From positions 1 to 63,970 of the forward strand of contig JAHECW010000007.1 in assembly GCA_024641545.1 (NCBI GenBank): 63,970 bases of DNA, written 5' to 3'. The stretch is from Acidobacteriota bacterium (GTDB taxonomy: Bacteria > Acidobacteriota > Thermoanaerobaculia > Thermoanaerobaculales > Sulfomarinibacteraceae). Shown here in pieces: positions 58,240 to 63,970 of the stretch. A model generated the notes under the pieces. It did not search any database. It worked only from the letters and a program-made list of their open reading frames with translations, and was not told the origin of the DNA. Every line of letters begins with the position of its first letter. Position 1 is the stretch's first letter. The translations under genes were made by a program, and so were the position numbers.

Positions 58240-58311
58240 CTCAGGGGTCGGGAGGCCAGGGGTGACCCTACCTCCTCACTCCTCACGACTCACGACTCAC
58301 GACTCACGACC
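58240..58311. repeat. Heptamer tract ending in (TCACGAC)4
   Basis: G-rich arm, then CCTCCTCACTCCTCACGACTCACGACTCACGACTCACGAC between divergent glgP and malQ. Confidence 0.8.
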
Positions 58312-58335
58312 CAAGGATCGCATACCATGGTCACC

Positions 58336-59826
58336 ATGAAACGAAGTGCCGGTGTCCTCCTCCATCCGACCTGCCTGCCGTCGGCCTTCGGGATCGGCGA
58401 TCTCGGGCCTGCGGCGCACGCCTATCTCGACTGGCTGGACGCGGCCGACGTCGCGTGGTGGCAGGTGCTGCCCCTCCACCCCCCGGGTCCGGGCAATTCA
58501 CCGTACTCGGCGACATCGACCTTTGCCGGCAACCCACTGCTGATCAGTCCGGCGTTGCTCCTCGACGACGGGTTGCTGGTTCCGGACGATCTCGACGACC
58601 GACCCGAATTGACCAACGAATGGGTCGATTTCCCGGTGGTGATCCCATGGAAGCGACGGATTCTCCGGCGGGCCTTCGACCGCTTCGACCGACAGGCCGG
58701 ACCATTGGCGGCTGAACTCGCACGCTTCCGGACATCCAATCGATCGTGGCTCGACGACTACGCTCTCTTCGCCGCACTCAAAACCGAGCACGGCGGCGCT
58801 CCCTGGTACGAGTGGCCCTCCGACCTTGCCGGGCGCGAGCCGGGCGCGCTGGAAGCCTGGCGCGCCGATCACGAGGACGAGATCGAATACGAGGTCTTTG
58901 TCCAGGTTCTCTTCCACCGGCAGTGGAGCGCGCTCAAGGAACATGCCGCCGATGTCGGCATCGGGATCCTCGGCGATGTCCCGATCTTCGTCGCCCACGA
59001 CTCGGCCGAGGTCTGGGCCCACCCGGAGCTCTTCCAGATGGACGAATCGAGGAACCCTTCGGTGGTCGCCGGCGTCCCGCCCGACTACTTCTCGCCCACC
59101 GGGCAGCTCTGGGGAAACCCGCTCTACGACTGGTCCCGCATGGCCGAGGACGGCTACGCCTGGTGGATCGAACGTCTGCGCCACACCCTGTCGACCGTCG
59201 ACCTGGTCCGGCTCGACCATTTCCGCGGATTCGCAGCCTACTGGGAAGTGCCGGCCACGGCCGATGTCGCGACCAACGGTCGCTGGGTGCAGGGCCCGGG
59301 CCGCCGTTTTTTCGACGCGGTTTCCTCAGCCCTCGACGGTCTTCCCTTTGTCGCTGAGGACCTGGGCGACATCACCGATGACGTGGTGGCCCTCCGAGAC
59401 GACCTCGGTCTTCCCGGAATGGCGGTTCTCCATTTCGGCTTTTCCGACAATCCACGGTCATCGTTCATCCCCTACTCCCACGTCCGGAATCGCGTCGTCT
59501 ACACCGGCACCCACGACAACAACACGACCCTGGGCTGGTTCCTCGAAGACGCCAGCGACGGCGAACGTCGTCTGGTGCGGTCGTACGTCGGATCGGACTG
59601 CTCCGAGGTCAACTGGGATCTCACCCGCCTCGCCATGGGATCGGTGGCCGATCTCGCGGTGGTTCCGCACCAGGACCTCGCCGGGCTCGGCGCCGATTGC
59701 AGAATGAACACACCGGCCGTCGCCGAGGGCAACTGGAGCTTCCGGCTCATGCCGTGGATGCTCGGCGCCGAAATCCGCGGGCGCCTGGCCGAGATGGTGG
59801 AGACCTTCGGCCGGGGCCGCAGGTAG
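58336..59826 (+). CDS. malQ: 4-alpha-glucanotransferase (amylomaltase, GH77)
   Basis: MKRSAGVLLHPTCLP, AGVPPDYFSPTGQLWGNP, RLDHFRGF, AEDLG, YTGTHDN. Confidence 0.97.
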   Translation: MKRSAGVLLHPTCLPSAFGIGDLGPAAHAYLDWLDAADVAWWQVLPLHPPGPGNSPYSATSTFAGNPLLISPALLLDDGLLVPDDLDDRPELTNEWVDFPVVIPWKRRILRRAFDRFDRQAGPLAAELARFRTSNRSWLDDYALFAALKTEHGGAPWYEWPSDLAGREPGALEAWRADHEDEIEYEVFVQVLFHRQWSALKEHAADVGIGILGDVPIFVAHDSAEVWAHPELFQMDESRNPSVVAGVPPDYFSPTGQLWGNPLYDWSRMAEDGYAWWIERLRHTLSTVDLVRLDHFRGFAAYWEVPATADVATNGRWVQGPGRRFFDAVSSALDGLPFVAEDLGDITDDVVALRDDLGLPGMAVLHFGFSDNPRSSFIPYSHVRNRVVYTGTHDNNTTLGWFLEDASDGERRLVRSYVGSDCSEVNWDLTRLAMGSVADLAVVPHQDLAGLGADCRMNTPAVAEGNWSFRLMPWMLGAEIRGRLAEMVETFGRGRR

Positions 59827-59913
59827 AGAGCCTGATGCAGAGGAACGGAAACCGAGAGACATCGCAGCCGATGCGGGTGGCGGAGTCGGGTATCCTTCAC
59901 CGAGGAGGCTGCC

Positions 59914-60465
59914 ATGCTGCGTGACGAAGTCATTCGGATCTGGCCCGAGCTCGAGTGGATCGACGATGCCGATCTCCGCGAAAAGACAACCCGCTGCTGG
60001 GAGCGCGCCTTTGAGCTCTCGCCGTTGGATCCGGCTGATCTCGAGCGCATCCCCTTCACCCTGAAGGTTCCCGACTGCCCGGTGAGCTTCATGGCGCACA
60101 AACGGGCGGTGGTGCACGTCGCGCGCGACTCGGCGCGAACGATGGCCTCGTTCTTCAGCGAGGCGCTCACCATCGATATGGACACGGTCATCGCCGGCGC
60201 CATCCTCGCCGATGTCGGCAAGCTGCTCGAGTACGAGTCCGACGGCGCCGGTTCGTCGCGCCAGAGCGCCCGCGGCAAGTACCTCCGCCATCCCTTCACC
60301 GGGGTCTCGCTCGCCATGGAGTGCGGTCTTCCCGACCCGGTGTCGCACATCGTCGCCACCCACGCCGGCGAAGGCAACATGGTCGCCCGCACCACCGAGG
60401 CCTGGATCGTCCATCACGCCGACTTCATGACCTACGAGCCCTTCGTCAAACGCTTGCAGGTTTGA
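59914..60465 (+). CDS. HD-domain-like hydrolase
   Basis: AH..V, GAILADVGKLLEY, RHP, HIVATH, VHHAD; GAGGAGG RBS. The HD motif reads AD. Confidence 0.8.
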   Translation: MLRDEVIRIWPELEWIDDADLREKTTRCWERAFELSPLDPADLERIPFTLKVPDCPVSFMAHKRAVVHVARDSARTMASFFSEALTIDMDTVIAGAILADVGKLLEYESDGAGSSRQSARGKYLRHPFTGVSLAMECGLPDPVSHIVATHAGEGNMVARTTEAWIVHHADFMTYEPFVKRLQV

Positions 60466-60470
60466 CTCGG

Positions 60471-60516
60471 CTTTTTTCCGCTCGTCGGCCGGGGCCGGCC
60501 GACGAGCGGAAAAAAG
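60471..60516. terminator. Strong hairpin with T/A tails
   Basis: CTTTTTTCCGCTCGTCGGCC-N6-GGCCGACGAGCGGAAAAAAG. Confidence 0.75.
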
Positions 60517-60604
60517 AACCAACACGAGTTCAAGACAACAGGACCGGTACTCGAAACCGATTCCGGTGTAACCGGCACTGATATCAAGACTGGGAGAACA
60601 CGGC

Positions 60605-61387
60605 ATGTTTGAATGGGTCACTGAACCTTCGGCGTGGGTCGCGCTCGCGACCCTGACCGCTCTCGAGATCGTTCTCGGCATCGACAACATCATCTTCATC
60701 TCGATCCTGTCGGGGAAGCTGCCCGAGGACCAACGCACCAGGGGCCGCACCATCGGTCTCGCGGCGGCCATGGTCATGCGGATCGGGCTGCTCGCCTCGC
60801 TCGCCTGGCTCAGCCATCTGACCATCGAGCTCGTTTCGATCTTCGGCCACGCGGTCACCGCCCGCGATCTCATCCTCGTCACCGGCGGGCTCTTCCTCCT
60901 CGGCAAGGCGACCCTCGAGATCCACCACAACCTCGAGGGCAGGGCGGAGATTCAACGGGCGGGACCATCCGCCACCTTCGCCTCGGTCATCGCGCAGATC
61001 ATGGTCCTCGACATCGTCTTCTCCCTCGACTCGGTGATCACCGCCATCGGGATGGCCGAACACCTGCCGGTGATGATCGCGGCAGTGGTGATCGCGGTGC
61101 TGGTGATGATGGCGGCGGCCGGCTCGATCTCGAGTTTCGTCGAAGGCCACCCGACCATCAAGATGCTCGCCCTGAGTTTTCTGCTGCTCGTCGGCATGGC
61201 GCTGGTAGCCGACGGCCTCGGCCAGCACGTCCCCAAGGGCTACATCTACTTCGCCATGGGTTTCTCGGTCTTTGTCGAAATGCTCAACCTGCGGATCCGC
61301 GATTCCACGGAAGGGCCGCCGGTCCACCTTCGGAGCCGCATGGCGCCTGCACCGAAGGTGAAAGAGACCCTGCGGGCGCGAACATGA
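60605..61387 (+). CDS. TerC-family membrane protein
   Basis: LEIVLGIDN, DIVFSLDSVITAIG, HPTIKMLALSFL, KGYIYFAMGFS. Confidence 0.94.
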   Translation: MFEWVTEPSAWVALATLTALEIVLGIDNIIFISILSGKLPEDQRTRGRTIGLAAAMVMRIGLLASLAWLSHLTIELVSIFGHAVTARDLILVTGGLFLLGKATLEIHHNLEGRAEIQRAGPSATFASVIAQIMVLDIVFSLDSVITAIGMAEHLPVMIAAVVIAVLVMMAAAGSISSFVEGHPTIKMLALSFLLLVGMALVADGLGQHVPKGYIYFAMGFSVFVEMLNLRIRDSTEGPPVHLRSRMAPAPKVKETLRART

Positions 61388-61465
61388 ACCGCCAAGGAGC
61401 AAGGATCACCAGGACATCGCAGGAACGGCGATGCCGCCTTTGCACGGTCCAAACCCGCGATGGGC

Positions 61466-62491
61466 TCAGATGGCCTTGAGAATGTTCTTCACCAACCCTG
61501 GACCCTCGTAGATGAGCCCGGTGTAGAGCTGGACCAGAGTGGCGCCGGCGTCGAGCTTGGCGCGGGCGTCCTCGGGCGACATGATGCCGCCGACTCCGAT
61601 GATCGGCAGGGCGCCGTCGAGGTGCCCGGCGATGGCGGCGACGATCCGGGTACTCATCTCGCTGAGGGCCGCCCCGCTGAGTCCACCCTCCTCGCCGGCC
61701 AGGGGGTGTCCTCCGACGGCATCCCTCGAGATCGTCGTGTTGGTGGCGATGATCCCGTCGAGCCCGGACTCGACGATGACATCGACGGCGGTCCGCACCT
61801 GGTCCGCATCGAGATCGGGCGCGAGCTTGACGAGCACCGGGACGCGTATGCCCGACCCGTCGGCCAGATCGCTCTGCTTGTCCGCAAGCCGACCGAGCAG
61901 GGCGCCGAGAAACGCCGGGTCCTGCAGCTGCCGCAACCCCGGGGTGTTGGGTGAGGAGATGTTGACCGCGAGGTAGTCGGCCAAAGGCGCGAAGACCTCC
62001 ATGAGCTGCTCGTAGTCGCGGGCGGCGTCCTCGAGAGGGGTGGCCTTCTGCTTGCCGATGTTGACTCCGAGAACCAGCCCGGGCGGACCGGGTTTGCGGA
62101 GTTGATCGGCAACATAGGCCGCGCCCCTACCCGGGAAACCCATCCGGTTGATCACCGATCTCCGGTCGACCAGTCGGAAGACCCGCGGTTTCGGGTTCCC
62201 CGGTTGCGGCAGCGGCGTCACCGTTCCGATCTCGACATGACCGAAGCCGAGAGTGGCGAGGCCCCGCCAGCCCTCGCCGTCCTTGTCGTAGCCGGCGGCG
62301 AGCCCGACCCGGTTGGAAAAGCGCAGCCCGAAGGCCTCGACCGGTTCGGCGTCAGGCACGCAGAACGCCGCCGCCAGCGCCGCCCGGATCGGTGCGATGG
62401 TTCCCGCCCGGGCAATGGCGGCCAGGGAAACGGCGTGGGCCGTCTCCGGTTCGAGCTTGAAGAGCGCGGCGCGGGAGAGTGGATACAGCAT
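61466..62491 (-). CDS. pyrD: Quinone-dependent dihydroorotate dehydrogenase (class 2)
   Basis: PETAH, GLAAGYDK, GNPKPRVFRL, NISSPNTPGLR, KLAPD, GGLSG, VQLYTGLIYEGP; start ATG 62491. Confidence 0.95.
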   Translation of the reverse strand: MLYPLSRAALFKLEPETAHAVSLAAIARAGTIAPIRAALAAAFCVPDAEPVEAFGLRFSNRVGLAAGYDKDGEGWRGLATLGFGHVEIGTVTPLPQPGNPKPRVFRLVDRRSVINRMGFPGRGAAYVADQLRKPGPPGLVLGVNIGKQKATPLEDAARDYEQLMEVFAPLADYLAVNISSPNTPGLRQLQDPAFLGALLGRLADKQSDLADGSGIRVPVLVKLAPDLDADQVRTAVDVIVESGLDGIIATNTTISRDAVGGHPLAGEEGGLSGAALSEMSTRIVAAIAGHLDGALPIIGVGGIMSPEDARAKLDAGATLVQLYTGLIYEGPGLVKNILKAI

Positions 62492-62547
62492 CGTTCGGCG
62501 CGCCATTGAACCACACCCGGACCCGCGGGGTATAGTCGTGGCCAATC

Positions 62548-63564
62548 ATGACCCGCCCCTCGGTTTCCGTCCTGCTCCCGGTCCGGAACGCGTCGCGCTG
62601 GCTCGACGACGCTCTGGCCAGTCTGACGCGGCAGACGCTGACGGACTTCGAGGTCATCGCGGTGGACGACGGGTCCACCGACGACAGCGGCGCCCTCCTC
62701 GATCGGTGGGCCGAGAGCGACCCGCGATTTTCCGTGGTCCACCAACCGGCCCGGGGCCTCGTGACCGCGCTCAACCGAGGCCTCAATCGTTGCTGCGCCC
62801 CGCTGGTGGCGCGGATGGACGCCGACGACGTCAGCCACCCGCGGCGGCTCGAGCTCCAGGCGGCGATCCTCACCTCATGCCCCGAGGTGGGCGTGGTCTC
62901 GTGCGGAGTGCGCCACTTCCCGGCGCACCGGGTCGCAAGGGGCTTTCGACTGTACGAGGCATGGCTGAACTCGCTGACGACTCACGACGAGATGTCGCGC
63001 GAGCGCTTCGTCGAGTCGCCGCTCGCCCACCCCTCGGTGATGCTGCGGCGGGACCTGCTCGCCGAGATCGGCGGATGGCGGGACCAGGAATGGGCCGAGG
63101 ACTATGATCTCTGGCTCCGCCTTTTCGAGGCCGGTGTCATCTTCGCCAAGCTCGATCGAGCCCTGTTTTTCTGGCGCGAGCACGGCGATCGCCTGACCCG
63201 CGCCGACTCGCGGTACTCGGTGCCGAGCTTTCTGAGGTGCAAGGCCCACTTCCTCGCCCGCGGGCCGCTGAGAAAGACCGGCAAGGTGATTCTCTGGGGC
63301 GCCGGTCAGACCGGCCGCAGGCTGTCCAAGTTCCTCATCGAGGAAGGCGTCGCTATCAAGGCGGTGGTCGACATCGACCCGGTCAAGATCGGCGGCAGCC
63401 TCCGAGGCATCCCTATCATCGCCTCCGACGAGCTCGCCGACGAACTCGACGAAAACACCGTCGTGCTTGCCGCCGTCGCCTCGCGCGGCGCGAGAGATCT
63501 CATCCGTGCGTGCCTCGTCGATCTCGGCCTCGAAGAGGGCGTCACCTTCTGGTGCGCGGCGTAG
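62548..63564 (+). CDS. GT2-family glycosyltransferase with C-terminal Rossmann-like domain
   Basis: VSVLLPVRN, VDDGSTD, ARMDADD, HPSVM, EDYDLW; IWGAG-like ILWGAGQTG. Confidence 0.9.
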   Translation: MTRPSVSVLLPVRNASRWLDDALASLTRQTLTDFEVIAVDDGSTDDSGALLDRWAESDPRFSVVHQPARGLVTALNRGLNRCCAPLVARMDADDVSHPRRLELQAAILTSCPEVGVVSCGVRHFPAHRVARGFRLYEAWLNSLTTHDEMSRERFVESPLAHPSVMLRRDLLAEIGGWRDQEWAEDYDLWLRLFEAGVIFAKLDRALFFWREHGDRLTRADSRYSVPSFLRCKAHFLARGPLRKTGKVILWGAGQTGRRLSKFLIEEGVAIKAVVDIDPVKIGGSLRGIPIIASDELADELDENTVVLAAVASRGARDLIRACLVDLGLEEGVTFWCAA

Positions 63565-63776
63565 AGGGCGCCGGCGGTCGCAAAATCCGCGCTGAAGAGC
63601 GACCCTGCTCGACAACCTGCCGCACGGCATTGTTGTTGATCATGTCGGCCATGCACGCGAGGTTGGCATCAACACTGACCGCCATGTACATCCGGAAGGT
63701 GGCGTTCCAGCCGGGTTCGAGAGTCGAGTCCACCTCGTCCTTCTTCCCGAAGGCCAGACAGCCTCATCGTCAGCCT

Positions 63777-63970
63777 CTAGGCGCGGAAACTCCAGCCGAT
63801 CAGCAAGAGGCCCGTGGCCGCAATCCAGCTTCCAAGCACGCGCACGACAATACGCGCCCAGAACGCCTTGAGCGACACCACCAGTCCTGCGACCAGCGTT
63901 ACGATGACGATCAGCGCCACCCATTCGCCCGTCAGCTCGAGCCCGGCGGAAGGTGCAGCGGTCAGCGCCG
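63777..63970 (-). CDS. C-terminus of a HupE/UreJ-like membrane protein (runs off the window end)
   Basis: Hand translation ..VALIVIVTLVAGLVVSLKAFWARIVVRVLGSWIAATGLLLIGWSFRA*; the RVxGSWIAAxG tail is typical of this family. Confidence 0.65.
   Translation of the reverse strand, partial: ALTAAPSAGLELTGEWVALIVIVTLVAGLVVSLKAFWARIVVRVLGSWIAATGLLLIGWSFRA

Noticed and set aside
63542-63733. 63-aa minus ORF with PGWNATFRMY (DUF1214-like fragment)
   Set aside because: Short, overlaps the glycosyltransferase end, and rests on one weak motif; may be a decayed fragment but cannot be supported.

Overview
High-GC bacterial chromosomal window with no rRNA, tRNA, CRISPR array, transposase or prophage that I can support. 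The protein tails and gene content suggest Acidobacteriota, class Thermoanaerobaculia (inference). About 45 CDS. Housekeeping and metabolic genes: groES-groEL with a CIRCE operator, ndk, dCMP deaminase, trmB, rsmD, a DHH-CBS tRNA nucleotidyltransferase, pyrD, gor, glgP, malQ, a tonB/exbB/exbD-like trio, and an archaeal-type HMG-CoA synthase/thiolase/DUF35 trio. Many exported hydrolases are also present (M6, M3B, M14, S1, PA-domain, BNR-repeat). Most interesting signals: (1) a translationally coupled pair of Hsp90/GHKL-like paralogues, one an intact ATPase with a TM-transglutaminase-TM insert and one apparently catalytically dead; (2) a conserved 19-aa C-terminal tail, [IV]FxD[GR][FL]ExxxxxAWxxxxP, on four unrelated secreted enzymes, a candidate sorting signal; (3) a secA remnant stitched together from distant conserved blocks; (4) a mosaic REP/hexamer repeat family, including a 162-bp direct repeat bracketing the pepF gene; (5) about ten genes with a leaderless -10 promoter layout; (6) two long fold-back intergenic elements. 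All family calls come from motif recognition by eye; no searches were run.
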